DNA of 64,000 nucleotides from Eledone cirrhosa (taxonomy: Eukaryota): NCBI GenBank assembly GCA_964016885.1, contig OZ024740.1:118358001-118422000 (forward strand), written 5' to 3'. Below, piece after piece: positions 12,370 to 26,374 of the stretch; the stretch's first letter is position 1; every line of letters starts with the position of its first letter. The position numbers and the translations under genes were made by a program. Under the pieces are notes generated by a model that was not told the origin of the DNA, made no database searches, and was given only the letters and a program-made list of their open reading frames with translations.

Positions 12370-13333
12370 TCTTTCTTTATTTGCCACAGGGGCATACAAA
12401 AATGGGACATTACAAGACGTGACGGCAGGGGTTTTACATAAAATCTTTAACAATGATAAATAACAATAAACTATATAAAAATAAAATAATTGAAATCCCC
12501 ATTAAGGGGAGCGGGGGTAACGTTACTGTGGGGTTGTTTTACACCCTGTGGATAGAACAACCCTCAACACCAGGAACATGTTTTGTAGGTGTTCCCATCT
12601 TCCCTCTGTTTAGCTTCCTCAACCTACAGGTTTATATACAGAGAAGGCCCATTCACCCGGGCCATTTTCGCCACATTCACCCACCTTTCAGCGAATTTAC
12701 TGGGGTGTAGCACCTCTCCCTCCACTCTCACCTTCCTTCTGAAGAGGTACTTAAAGAAGGGGATGAGTTGTTGTCCGGAGAGAAAGGTGCTTGCCCTCAG
12801 TCCTTTTAACCTCGTCCACCATATTACCTCTTTCGCCATAGCCACCAGACAGAGGAAGACCACCTCCCCTTCATTCTTAAATGAAGGCGGCAGGGTGATC
12901 CTCACGATGGACTCGGCTGACAACTAGATGCGTCCTACAGTTCGACATAATTCCACAGGTCGGTCACCCCCTGGGCACTGAACAACTGCGTGCAGAACGG
13001 TTTCGATGTCCTGCTCACATCTTGGACAGGTCCTTTTGACAGGATCTCTGCCAGGGCGTCCGTGCCTATAGATATTTTCTCAAACTGGTAGAGCTCCTCA
13101 GTAGCACTGCCAGGCCAGAGACTCTGGAAGTTATCCATAGGCCCTGGACAGAAAGTCCTCCCCAACAGACTGGTCAGTTCGTCCTCCTCGATGCCTAGAG
13201 TTTCCCCGAGAATGTCGTCGCACTTATCCTCCACTAATCCCCTATAGAATATCGAAGTGGAGTCTCCGCTGATTGCCGTTTCCGCTTGGTAGAGGGCTGT
13301 GAGCGCCTGAAGGCACTCGAGGTGCCAGGCTCA
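12370..13333 (-). mobile_element. L1/Tx1-like LINE, 3' end of ORF2 plus 3' UTR
   Basis: A minus frame reads ALPV*..YRHG..CPRCEQDIETVLHAVVQCPGVTDLW (CCHC knuckle), then LVAMAKEVIWWTR. The element ends in AATAAAGAAAG. Confidence 0.75.
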
Positions 13334-13374
13334 TACATATAGATAGATATTTAGATATTTGTATATACATACAG

Positions 13375-14250
13375 GGACATTGGAAGATCCTATTCAATGC
13401 TTGAACAAGATTAAAATATGGACCAATTTACAGAGAAGATTGCGCATGGGTACCTTAGATGTAAAACACAGACCATAGAGGGGATAAATCTTTCAAAAAG
13501 TTTATGACATCCCCCCTTGAAGGATATCTCTATGCAATACAGGAACAAGAAATCCTTACCAAATATCTGCTACACAAAAGAGGAGAGCCATCATTCGTCA
13601 ATATATGTAGGCTTTGTAAAACAAAGATCAAAGATGTTAGCCACATTGTTGCCAAATGCGAAAGAATATCATTTCTTTACTACCTCCCTATGAGACATGA
13701 TGTGATAGGTAGAACCATTTGGAATGCACTTAGGAAAGCAAAATTAAAAACAAATGGGGTGGAATATGTTGAGGGAGATGTCACTAAGGAATACAGGTGG
13801 AACCTGAAAATAAAAACTGCCACCAAATTAAAGCACAACTGGCCTGATATTGTTGTTTGGGATCACACATTGAAAACGTGCCTTGTTGTAGAAATCAGCC
13901 GCCCACTTGATGATAACATAGTAAGAAAAATACAGGGGATGGAAGACATCAACAGACTATTGTCGAGGAGTTTGCAGATCCAGTATCCAAGATACAGTAT
14001 TATACCCATAATTATTGGAGCTACAGGCTATATACCCACCTGTTTGGACCAAAGTATGACTGAACTTGGATTAGTGGACAAAGGGTTCAGCTCCATAATT
14101 CATAGACTACAAATGGCTGTGATAGCTGGCACCTTCAAAATTTACAAAACATTCTTGCGATTCAAGGATGACAATTTCTTTTCTTTTACAACCTTGCCAC
14201 CAGAAAAGTGGCCAATTCAAAAAGGTACTCGAAATAAAAACAAAAAAACA
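13375..14250 (+). pseudogene. R4/Dong-clade retrotransposon C-terminus (CCHC plus restriction-like endonuclease)
   Basis: EGYLYAIQEQEI..CRLC....DVSHIVAKC...YYLPMRHD..WN..IKT....HNWPDIVVWD...CLVVEIS...IIPIIIGATG. Confidence 0.85.
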
Positions 14251-14289
14251 TACATAGATATATATATACATGATGGCTGCAACTTTATA

Positions 14290-14840
14290 CTTAAACATGG
14301 GCAGCACAGATGGGACTTTTCATTCACGGTAAAGACTTGCATACGCATCCACTGAGATTGCAACGATGGGCACAGTAGGTGTTATGGTGCTGTTTTGGTG
14401 CACTTTCAAATAATGTTTCAGTCTATCAACTGAGGCACACTCTTTTCCACACTCCCCGCAAACAGGAATGCCATAGAGTGCATAGTTGACACGATGGTGA
14501 CTTCCCCCAATAACTTTCAAGACTTAGACAAAACTGGCCACATACTTTACTGTTAAATCAACCTTCATGCCAAGTTACGCAGGCAAACCAAACTCAAGGA
14601 CCTTATGAGCACACCACTTGAATTGTTTGTGCTCAACACGGTTTCTTTTATATTCTTCCCTCCCATAAGGGACTGCCTTCCTCCAGGAAAGTCGATCTAG
14701 AGCCAAATTCTCCCAGTCATTCTCCGATAATTTAATCTTCTCCAATGTGCTTTTAATGCAATCCCTGTACCTCAATTATAGTTTCTGAGCCGGTCATTTT
14801 CCTTCAACCAGCTCACTAAACTGGAACTGCCTAGGGATGC
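14290..14840 (-). mobile_element. RTE (BovB-like) 3' relic with C2H2 zinc-finger tail
   Basis: RYRDCIKSTL...WENLALDRLSWRKAV and CGECGKECASVDRLKHYLKVH. Confidence 0.7.
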
Positions 14841-15569
14841 AATTATCCCCAATTATCCCCAATGCTGATAGGGTAATGTTGTGGAAAGTGCATTTTGCTA
14901 AGTTACTTGGACAACTTTTCTTGATAGTTGAAGGAAATATTGATAAGCTATTTTACCCACTGCCTATTGATGTTGGTGATTTTTCCAATGCAGGAGTTGA
15001 AAGATGTAACAAAGTCACGTAAAACAACAAAGCTACATGCTTAGATAGTATACCAGCAGAAGTATGGAGAGTATGCATGAAATATGATGTTGAGAAAATA
15101 ACCAATTTTCTTATTATTATACTGGCATTTAGAGCATAACCGAATAAACATTCTGATATAAAATTAAGATGGAAGGGTTTTAGAAATATATAAATAATTT
15201 TAAATAATCAGCTTTGTATCAAAGAATCAGAAGGTGATTTCAGGTTGTTTGTTATCAAATGTGTGAAATCACATAATTCCTGAATTCTTCATGAGCATTA
15301 TTTACTCTTTGATACTTAGAAAATAGATGTGTTATCAAACAAAACTCAAAGACATCAAATATGCTTCCATCAACACTTATCTGTGGAACATAAGGCATCT
15401 GTTTCTGATTGTAGTGGAATAAGATAAAGTCTGTTATGTTTGCATTTTGCTATATTTTGTTGAAATTAATTTTAAGAGTTATTTCATGTATTTAGTAATT
15501 TCAAGCAATTTATCGAGCAGAAGTAAATTGGTATTATTATCTTGTGCCTAAAGTAGAAACAATTATTGA

Positions 15570-15777
15570 AGGGTGGTGGATTAGCATTGAACAACTTGCT
15601 TTGCAGCATAAAATTATGGCCCTGTACATTCTGAGTTCAAATCCTGTTGAGGTTAGCTTTGCCTTTCATCCTTATGGGGTTGATAAAATATAACACCAGT
15701 AATGATTTGGAATCGATTTAATTGACTTTCCCCTCCCCAAAATTTGTTGGCCATGTGCCTAAATCAGAAAGCATTAT
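15570..15777 (+). mobile_element. tRNA-derived SINE, older variant (also 55525-55745)
   Basis: B-box-like gagttcaaatcc, central gcctttcatccttatggggttgataaaata, and tail tgtgcctaaatcagaaa. Confidence 0.75.
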
Positions 15778-16829
15778 TGAAGTAATGAATAATGCGGTCT
15801 TTATTATCAGGATATAGGCCATTAATGTGTATTCAGAAGAGAAGTGGATAAAGAATGGAACCCAATTACATGCCCCTGTCTGATAAGATGACTGTACTGA
15901 GTCAATGCTTGCTAAAGATATAAATTGAAAGATTTAAGTGACCTGTATTAAAGGGTACATATGCTGTGGTGAATTAATTTAGATAGAATAAGCATATGAA
16001 TAACAATATCAAATAACTTTTGTAGATAAGCAATAAGTGCATATGCCTAGCAATCAGTGTTAAGAGACTTTAAAAGGAATTTCAGTGTTGTTAATTATGA
16101 TAGATATTGTTGAGTGTTTCTTTAAGAAACTAAACTATATAAAACTAAAATGGCTAAAGAAAATCTGTAAGATGTGATTTCATTGTCTTTTCAAGGATCT
16201 CTTTCTATGTTAGATAGAAGAACTTTTAAGAAACAACAATAATGTAAAAGATACTGTTAATATACCCTTTACCAAAAGGAAATACTTTCTATATCCCTTT
16301 CTTTTAAAAACATTTCATATTATTATAGAAGGGTTTATCAATAGTATGATTACACATATTCACACCACATTCTCTTTCTCACACACAAAACTTGTTTACA
16401 CCAATCTTCTAATGCATTCAGATAAAAACATATTAAAGACATTAAATACACTTGCATGTGTGTTTGCATGCATGCCATATGTATGCGTGTATATATATAT
16501 ATATATATATAGTAATAATAATAAATTTGAAGACTAAAATTCAAAGAGGGCTCGATAAGGATAAATATATATCAGATATATAAGAACTGTAGAGCAAATA
16601 TTTATGAAAATAAAAGATTAAAGTTTAAGCAAAGAATCGTTGCTCTCACCCTTAACGTTATGAATGACTTATGTGACAGAAGGCAAGAAAAGGCCGACAG
16701 ATTTTAATATCTTGGTAATGGATGGATTGAAGAGGAAGAGAAGAGGAGTTTCATAGATAGACGTATTGAAGGGAAAGAGAGGGGAGGTTTCCTAGATGGA
16801 TGGATAACTGACAATTGTAATTAGACACC

Positions 16830-17005
16830 AAGTATCGGTAGAGGGTCGGACGCCATGCTTTCCAGCATACTTACGTCCCTTTACGATCTGAGTTCAAATC
16901 GTGCCGAGGTTGACTTTGCCTTTCATCCTTATGGGGTCGATAAAATAAAGTACCAGTAATGAACTGGTTTATTGCTGGCCTTGTGCCTAAAAGTAGAAAC
17001 AAATA
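16830..17005 (+). mobile_element. tRNA-derived SINE
   Basis: agtatcggtagagggtcggacgccatgc...gagttcaaatc...ctttgcctttcatcc...gtagaaacaa. Confidence 0.85.
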
Positions 17006-17072
17006 TTATAATAATGGAAACACTGTTACTTTTACTTGCTTTAATTATTTTCCCTGCATATCTCTCTCTCTC

Positions 17073-17103
<31 letters not shown>

Positions 17104-17639
17104 CATTCTTACTCCTTTAATCATATTTCATCTCTATCTTTATCACCCTCTCTCTCTCTCTGGCCATGAAAATCCCATTCTATTTCCATGATCATCTTCA
17201 CCTCTCCCTCAATTTCTCTAATTCTCGTGGTCTCTATATACATATTTCTCGTTTTCTATACCTTTCTTTCTCTCTCTCTATGTATATATATCAGAACAAC
17301 AGTACTGTGTCTATGAGGACAAGATGGGAAAATTTGTTAGTAAAGTCATAAGAATGAGAGAGATGGGGAGATAAAGTGAAGTAGATAGTATGCAAAAATA
17401 TTTTATAAAGAGTCATGCCCAGAAAAATAAATGTATGTACTAACACATACATGATACTATTCTTATATTGGATCTCTCCCTCTATACATACATACATATA
17501 TATACATATATATATATATACATATATATATATACATACATATACATATATATACATATATATATACATATACATATATATACATACACATATATATACA
17601 TACACATATATATACATACACATATATATATACATATAA

Positions 17640-17790
17640 CTATATTTCCCGGCGTTGAGGATGCTACTTTTTTCCTAAAATAAGTCTCAAAAATCTACCA
17701 TGTGTCCTGGAGGCCAAAGGTTGTTTATTATTGTTTTGCAAATTTTGGCTTGTCAAAATTAGGGTGTGTCTTCGGCACCAGGAAATATGG
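17640..17790. mobile_element. Small MITE with Tc1/mariner-superfamily (Tc2/pogo-like) ends
   Basis: Imperfect TIRs ctatatttcccggcg / caccaggaaatatgg, followed by TA. Confidence 0.55.
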
Positions 17791-17829
17791 TACATATATA
17801 TATATATCATTTACATAATTTTATATAGC

Positions 17830-18290
17830 TTTACCATGCTTGCATCGGTTGGACATGTTTTTTCCAGTACAGCTTCCCTTTTCTTGCAGGGATCATTCAT
17901 CATCTCTTCTGTGAAGTTTACCATTTCGAGATTGGCTCTAATCAAACCTACTAAGTTTTCCTTCACTTTCCTCTACTGTATCTTCCTTCCAATGGCATCA
18001 CCTAGCACTTTTCCACTTTCCTCATCCATACTCATAACATGTCAAAACCAGCACAGTCATCTCTCTTGCCCACTACATCTGCATACTCTTATGCTCAGTC
18101 TTTTAGTTCATTCACACCCTGTCATTCATATACATTCAATATAGCATGCTCGTTTTCATTTTTTCCAGTCTCTGTATAGCCTCTAACTTTACTACTCATG
18201 TCTCAATGGTATGCAACATTGCACTTTTCATGCAGGCATCAGATACTCTACCAGTCACTCATAGAGAAAATCCCTTTGTTGTTAACTGGA
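17830..18290 (-). mobile_element. Old RTE 3' fragment
   Basis: Diverged antisense match to the 'LYDACI.TAMLH..ETW' region and the catgc..gcat tail of the younger RTE copies. Confidence 0.6.
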
Positions 18291-18499
18291 GGGTGCACAA
18301 ATAAAATAAAGTAGCCATCAACACATAATGTTGAAGTTGAGAGTATTTATATTAGCATTTAGACATTACAATCTGCTGCAAGATAAAACCACAACTGTGT
18401 TTACATAATAAAACTGCTGGTAATGCAGAAATAAGTCAAATTGTTAATATATATATATTATTATGATGATGGTGATTATGATGATATATATCAGATTAC

Positions 18500-20077
18500 C
18501 TTTCAAACATGCCCTGGCCTACCACCTGATATACGTCCAAAGCTACGTGCTGCAGCTTCTTTAAATTGCAACTCAGTTCAACATGAAAGCTTCAGCCTAC
18601 TTGACGATGAGCAGATATGGAAGTCTTAACAACGGTACTACTCCAGAGCAGTGGACAATTGCCAGTGTCATTCTTCTGTTAAAAATAGGTGACTACACAT
18701 TGCCTGTCAACTATCGTCCAGTCAGTATTACTAGTTACATTGCCAAATTGATGGAATCCTGTGTCAGACAAACACTCTGGAACTTCTGGAATTCTCATAG
18801 CCTTATCCAGCCCTCACAATTTGGATTTATCCCTAATTCCAGCTGCTGTGATCAACTTATCAAGTTCCTTGAAGACATCACCTGATGGTGGCTCATGGGT
18901 GGATGTTGTTTACTTTGACTTTGCTAAAGCTTTTAATTCTGTGCCACATAAAAGACTTATGGCAAAACTCTCTGCAATGGGTTTGAAAAATGATTCTTTT
19001 AACTGGTTGAAGTCCTTCATTGTCAGTGAAAAAGATGTAGTCACGGTTCTAGGATAGCATTCTTCACCACATGAGATATCATCTGGTCTACTGCAGGGAT
19101 CTGTTCTTGGTCCCCTTTTGTTTATTGCAAATATTTATGACATAGATGCCAACTTAAAGAATGCTGCAGTGCTGAAATATGCAGATGACATCAAGCTGTA
19201 CCTTGAGATAAAAGGGACAGATCCTGAACACTATAGATCTTTCCTGCAATCAGATCTGGACACAATGCAGTAATGGATCATGGACTGGCAACTCAAGCTG
19301 GCTGTGGACAAGTGTACCACCATGTATTTTGGGAGGACAATCCCTGTGTCCACATACTCCTTACACAACACTAATATCAATAAGTCTTCTTGTGAATGTG
19401 ACCAGGGCATTACAGTCAGCAGCGATTTGAGTTGCACAAAGCACATCTCTAAAATTGTCAAAAAGATCGAGGGTGTCTTAGCATCACTGAGCAAAACCTT
19501 TGTCAGCTTCTCTCTGGCTATCTATTTAAAGCTGTATATAGCTATGGTGTGACCACACTTAGAATTTGCATCACCAGTCTGGAACCCCTATCTTGCCCAG
19601 AACATTGACCTCCTGGAAACTGTTCAGAGATGTGCAACCAAGCGTATACTCTCCATCAGGCATCTACCATACTCTGAATGCCTTCCTTCCCTGGGCATGG
19701 ATACATTGAAGCTCCGACATCTGGCAACTGACTTGGTAAACAGCCACAAAATTATTAACTATCTTGCCAACAACAACCTTGGGTAGCTTTTTGATTTCCA
19801 TGAGTCTAACACACGTGGGGATGCCAACAAAGTCAGAAAACAGCACATCTCCCATGACTTTCGGAAACATTTTTTCATGCTCAGAGTTGCTGAAGCATGT
19901 AACAAACTACCTGCATCAGTTGTTAGCTACCAAGACACACACACACACAAACATGTATATCATGACTCATACACTGTTCACTTTCCTGACATGTATATAT
20001 TAATCTATGTACTATACATGCACTTTTGATGAGTTGAAGTCCACCTGAGCACTGTACACAATCATTTCATTATTATT
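18500..20077 (+). pseudogene. CR1-clade LINE RT and 3' end, decayed
   Basis: NYRPVSITS..KLME, QFGF, VDVVYFDFAKAFNSVPH, QGSVLGPLLF, YADDIKLY, PHLEFASPVWNPY, with several stops and frameshifts. Ends in catttcattattatta. Confidence 0.85.
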
Positions 20078-21416
20078 ATATATACATATGTATATATACA
20101 CCAATATATCTAAGTTGTTAAATGTTTTCTATAAATATACACATTCATCTATACTACACACACTCACACACACATATTATATCCATAAATATTTGTTGAG
20201 AAATGAACATTCTTCTCTATATCTAAGTTTTGCAATTTTTAGTTTAGAATATAACATCTAATTGAGCTTTAAGTAAAAGCTAAATATAAACCAGCAAGGA
20301 TACAAAAAATGAATTCTTGTCTTACTGTTTTAATGGATTGTAATAAAATCAGGAAACATCTGGTACAAATTTAATTTCTCTCCCTCTCCCCCTTCAATCC
20401 ATTTCAATACTTTTATTTATTTTTCTTTTATTATATTAGTTATATAGCAATATTATATTGGAGTCTTACAATGCAAGATATTTCAAATTGACATGATTCT
20501 TTTTCATTTGAATGTTATTTTAAAACATAATTTCATATTAAACATTTTATTTTACATACATTATAATTTTGTACATAAGAACTTATATGAGTATCATGAA
20601 TTCATATTTATACTTTGGGCCATTAACTCTTCCATTAAAGTGATAACAAACTCTCAGGTGGGCTAAACAGCAGATGGTCTTTAGAAGTGAAACCCTGCTC
20701 AAGCAAGTGTTTTGGCCCTTATTTCTAATGAAAGACCTTTACCTATGATAAGATGATTTTTAAAATAATCAAGAATTTGGAATGATTTATTAATATGATG
20801 AATTTACTATTAAGCTGTTGCATTTAACACAACTCAACACAAGTTTTTAATGCCTATTTTCCATACTAGCATAGGTTAGATGAGTCGTTTCATTGTGAGA
20901 TAAGTCAGATCAATCTTGCTCATACAGAAGTGTTTCTGGTTTGGTTTCTATGACTGGATACCCTTTCTAACATCAACTAAATTTACAGGGTTTAAAATAA
21001 ACAACATTGAATTGTAGAACCAGGGACAGTTTCAAGCAATTTATCATCAAAGGAGTTAATGAGCTATCAAAATACCTGCCTTGGCAAGGTAATTTATTCT
21101 CACCATAGTTCACAAGGTTTCATTGTAAACAGAGATGCTGTCAATCCTTTATATGAAAATAAATAAAATATCATTTCATGTTGATTGTTTTGTTGTTCTT
21201 GATAACTCAACAATAAAGTCTTGCACATCATCACCATCATATTGATTATAGTACTTATTTCCTTCTGCTACCCAATTTATTGATCTTTAATTATCAAACA
21301 GCTAAATTATACTGTTGATACTAGAAATGCAACATAGCAAATTATTTTACACAAACACAGAAACTCTACCCCAGACACACAAATACACACATACATACAT
21401 ATACACACATACATAC

Positions 21417-21470
<54 letters not shown>

Positions 21471-22903
21471 ATATATATGTGTACACATACATAAATACAT
21501 ATACAGTTCAATCCAATCCAGTGCCTTCTAACTCCTCTTGGAGGAACCCTTCCCTGGTTGACCTCCAATTGCATAACCATGTCTTGCTCACACAGAACTG
21601 TTTCTAGCTTGATTTCTATGGCTGGATGCCTTTCCTAATGCCAACCACATTAACAGTATGGGCTGGGTGCTTTTTGACATGACCACTTTACAGTGTTGGC
21701 TGGGTGTTTTTTGATGAAATTTTTGCTTATATTTTAAGTATACAAATTTAACAAAAACAACCCTTTAAAACGAAAACAGGATCTTTCTAGTAAAAATACA
21801 AGCTACAAATATATAAAGGCAATAGATTAAAACAACTGTGAGTAATTTGCAAAAGAAAAAAATGACTAAGCAGAGGATGGAATATTTTGCAATCTCGCTT
21901 TTGCAACACCAGATCTCTTGCCACCCCTCCCCTTCCCAATCCTTTTCTTCTTTCTTTCTTTCCTCTTTTTTTTCTAAATTTTTTCTATATTTCCCTATTC
22001 TTTCTTTCCTTTTGTTTCCCCTTCTTTTATTATTATTTCTATATTGAAAATAAACATGTATTATAAAAAAATTTAGTTAGAATTATTTGCCAGGTGGGCT
22101 TGAATATTTAGCTTTAACTGTGTATTGACGCTAATGGACATTGCTTTAATGAGTAAAACGTTGAACTATTTTTGAACTGCTAATTGTATTTTGTTTGGTA
22201 TGATTGTGGTAATATACAGATTTGTTGTTTTCATTTATTTTATGTGGAGTAGATTTACATAAAAGAACTATATATATCATCATTATCATTGTTTAACGTC
22301 CATCTTGCAAGCTATCATATATATATGTGTTTTTTCACACACACACATATGTATATATTCATGTTAGGAAGGGCATCCAGCTGTAGAAATCTAGCCAGAA
22401 ACAGTCCTATATGAGGAAGATACAGTCACCCGACCAAACTCGCCTCTAATGGGACAAACCCATCTAACCCATGCTAGCGGCGAAAATAGATGTTAAACAA
22501 TGATGATAATGATGATATAAATTCAAAAAGTGGAGCACACAGGACAAAGACAATAGAAAGACGGACAGTCCCATCGCCTCAGTCAACCTCTGGAAATCAC
22601 TAAAGTTTTGGTATATGCACATGTACATTCATACAGAGTCTCACATGCATACACACAGGCCCATGTATGACCATATTGGGAGTAGAGATGGTAAAATTGT
22701 CCACACCTGCCACATGCACCTACATGAATCATACACAGGCTGCGCAAAAAAAGGCCCATGATTATATATATATATATATACAATTATATTAAATTAATGG
22801 AAACTATATATATATGTAATGGATCCCATAGTGATATCAAAATTGTTTTTTCTGTCGGCTCTTCTCCAGAGATGATTATTGAATTCTATTAGTGTTTTAC
22901 CAT

Positions 22904-24495
22904 CTAATAATTCTATTAGTGTTTTACCATCTAAATCAGACTTAGGCATAATTAGCAAACATATATTAGATAGAATTATACCACAACTTAAAGAAAAATC
23001 ACACCTGAAACTATGGAACGGTACTAACGAAGTTATAGGTTGGTTCAATTACATAAAATTAAAACATAACAAAAAATTCATTCAAATGGATATTGCAAAT
23101 TACTACTCCTCTATTACTCCTAGTTTACTTAATAAGGCACTTATCTACCCGTCTAAACATACAGACCTATCTAGTGATGAAATGAATATAGTTCTAACAG
23201 CACGTAAAACACTAATAGAATTCAATAATCATCTCTGGACAAGAGCCGACAGAAAAAACAATTTTGATATCACTATGGGATCATCTGACTCGGCGCAAAT
23301 AACGGATCTCGTTGCTTTATTTATTAATAATGTACTGCATAGGAAAATGCCAGAGCTGACCGGAAGAAAACCATAGCAATTGTGAAATTAATAGGAAAAG
23401 AAAATCCATAATACAATTGTTCAATAACTACAACCTTAAGCTAGAAATAGAGAATAACTACAAAACCGTTAACTTTTTAAACCTTAAACCTTAGTCTTTA
23501 CTATCCTTTCCATAAAATTAACGAAAATCTAAATTGCGTAAGTTTTAACTCTAATCATCCTAGAAGTATTAAAAACACTATTGTCAATAATGTCGAACAA
23601 CGGATTTCACGCATCTCTGCTAATAAAAATATTTTTGAAGATAACGCTGAATATTATAATGAAGCTTTACATAGAGCAGGATATTCGAATAAAATTAAAT
23701 ACATTGATAACAATAACATGGCAAATCATCCTAGTATTAATTATAATAATAATAAACAATTTAACTTAAACACTAAACCAAACAAAAAAACTAGAACTAG
23801 AAATATTATTTGGTACTCCCCCCATTCTCATTTAGCGTTAAAACACCTTTAGCAAAGCTATTCTTTAAAGCACTAGATAGATGTTTTCCTAAAACCCACA
23901 TATTCCACTCTATTTTTAACAGACATACTATAAAGCTATCCTACTCTACTACTATGAACATAGCACAAAATATAAATAGAATTAATAATAGAAACTCTAA
24001 CCAAAATAACCAAAATAACAATAATAATATTTCTAGCAATATTCAGTATAATAGTACCGTTACGAGCAACAACAACTCCATAAAATGTAACTGTAGAATC
24101 AAATCAAACTGCCCTTTACAAAATAATTGTTTAGATAAAAACGTAGTTTATAAATGCACAGTTAAAACTAGAGATAAAATATTTAACTATGTTGGTGCCA
24201 CTTCTACAAAATTTAAAGAACGCTAGAATAACTATAATCATACATTTAACAGATCTGATAAAAAATCTTCTACTTCACTTTCACATCTTATATGGAACTT
24301 AAAAGACAATAATATAGACTATTCAATATCTTGGAAAACGATTTCGAAAGCACATGCGTACCGAAATATGGCTTTATCAAGATTTTTTATATAGAATTTT
24401 TTATATAATTTACTGTCAAAAGTCTATTAATCTCAGAACAGAGTTATTTTCTTTTTGCAGACATCGCCACAATTCCACGTTGAGAACTATTTTTA
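22904..24495 (+). pseudogene. PLE reverse transcriptase and C-terminal GIY-YIG endonuclease (Nematis-like signature), disrupted
   Basis: FIQMDIANYYSSI and FDITMGSSDSAQITDLV are present, and the catalytic YxDD segment appears deleted. Also PPFS.SVKT..IFNRHTIKLSYS and CNCR...CPL...CL...VVYKC...YVGAT..FKER. Confidence 0.85.
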
Positions 24496-25174
24496 ATTTA
24501 TAATATTCCTATAAACCTTCAAAATGATCCTATCCTCTTTAACAATTTAAAATTTTAATATTTTTAATATTTTAATATTTCTAAATGTGAATATCTCTAA
24601 CCTTTCAACAAAAAATTATTTTAATATATATATATATATATATATAAATATTTAATTTTTAATTTTTAATTTTTAATTCTTACATTATTTTTCTGATGAC
24701 ACCCTCTAAAGATATATTTTTTTGATGTAGATTGATAATCATTAACTGACATAAGAAAAATGTATCCTCTTCACGATAGTTTCTTAGATAAGCACATTAC
24801 GTATCTCCTCTCTTTTTTGATTTTCAAACATTCACACATCTTTCGACTAAAATAATTAATCTCACACTAAGTAATATATAAATTCCCAAATCACTCTTCA
24901 AATTTATCGATTAACAAACAAAATTGGAGTTATCTTTCCTTTCTCAATCGCGTAAACATGTTATATTCGTAACTTCGCTAAATTAACAATATTATGAAAA
25001 CATTTTCAATGTTGAACAAAATATTCAAATCTATAAATTGTTCTCCTCTCACAACTTGAACCACCTATTTATTTACATAAAACAGAAAATGAACTTCCCT
25101 CGTAACTCATATTAGAAATATAAACAACTAATAATTGTAAATTATCTATATCTCTTTAATGCTAATACATATGC

Positions 25175-25370
25175 AGGGCGGTGGATTGGCAGTATCGGTA
25201 GAGGGTCAGACGCCATGCTTTGAAGCAGAGAGTTACCTCCCTTTATGATCTGAGTTCAAATCCCGCCGAGGTTAACTTTGCCTTTCATCCTTACAGGGTC
25301 AATAAAATAAAGTACAAGTAATACACTGGAATAATTGCTGGCCGTGTGCCAAAAGTAGAAACAATTATTA
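25175..25370 (+). mobile_element. Full-length tRNA-derived SINE inserted in the PLE 3' region
   Basis: gggcggtggattggcagtatcggtaga (A-box-like) ... gagttcaaatccc (B-box) ... gtagaaacaatt. Confidence 0.9.
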
Positions 25371-25725
25371 ATATATACAGATATGTATACATATAACCTA
25401 CTACAATATTGTAATAAGATAAATACTTACAAACACAATTCTCCTTATAAGCATATATATAATATAGGTAAATATTCCAATTTTTTCCCAAAAATTATTT
25501 TCTTATTTTTTCTTTCTTTCCTACTGATACAAACACATATCTAAATTCTCCATAGCGTCTAAAATAACGTTTTTTCAAACCTATACCTCAACCTCATTTA
25601 CATATTAATTTGCATACTCCTCTTAACCATTTTGAAATATCTGTCTTTAACTCCACTATACAAGGAAAACTTCAACCGTTAAGGTATGTTCCTTGGCTAT
25701 GTCAAAATTTATAAAACAGACTTTG

Positions 25726-25787
25726 TATTTTATCTGATGAAAGCGTACCAAAGTTTTTGGTACCCTTGAAATATATATAATAGAATA
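25726..25787 (+). ncRNA. Minimal type I hammerhead ribozyme in the PLE 3' pLTR
   Basis: TATTTTAT CTGATGA AAGCGTACCAAA gtt TTTGGTACCCTT GAAAT atat ATA ATAGAATA. Stem I is 8 bp, stem II is 12 bp with one mismatch, the triplet is AUA, and AATAAA overlaps stem I. Confidence 0.9.
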
Positions 25788-25945
25788 AATATGGTTTTAT
25801 AAATATAGTTTCCATTTATTTAATATCATTGAATATTATACTCCAGAAAACCCGTTGAGTGCTCGGAATCAAGTATAAATATCTATATTTGTTGAATTAC
25901 CAACAAATTGAATATCCCATCTGCTTATATATATATATATATTTA

Positions 25946-26374
25946 AAAAATAGAGGTGTGTCACACGAGTTGTGTTATATTAGTAAAAAGGAAAAAGAAA
26001 ATGCTGACAAATTTTTCCCAGTGAAAAATAGTTTAATTAGGAATAAGTATAAATTAGTAATAAGTATTAGTTAGTATTCAGTTATAGATTTAAGTTTTTA
26101 CCGGTTGCGCATTTCTAATACTTTTCAAAAATAATTTTGAGATAGAGCGTTCATGATTTTTGCTCTAATCACTTAGAGCAAAAATCAGATTAAAGCAAAA
26201 ATCACGAGCGCTCTATCTCAAAATTATTTTTGAAAAGCATTAGAAATGCGGAACCGGTAAAAACTTAAAACTAAAACTGAATACTAACTAATGCTTATTA
26301 CTAATTTATACTTATTCCTAATTAAACTATTTTTCACTGGGAAAAATTTGTCAGCATTTTCTTTTTCCTTTTTA

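Larger units (their letters stand above)
22783..25925 (+). mobile_element. 5'-truncated Penelope-like element with inverted 5' end, RT + GIY-YIG relic, long AT-rich 3' region, hammerhead and tail
   Basis: Coding relic at 22904-24495, hammerhead at 25726-25787, inverted pieces at 22783-22903, flanked by (TA)n. Confidence 0.85.

Noticed and set aside
24692-24700. Isolated CTGATGA (also at 4110, 47825 and 54292)
   Set aside because: No stem II/GAAA/UH arrangement follows.
25175-25270. tRNA gene-like A/B boxes
   Set aside because: It is a SINE head, with no cloverleaf and many dispersed copies.
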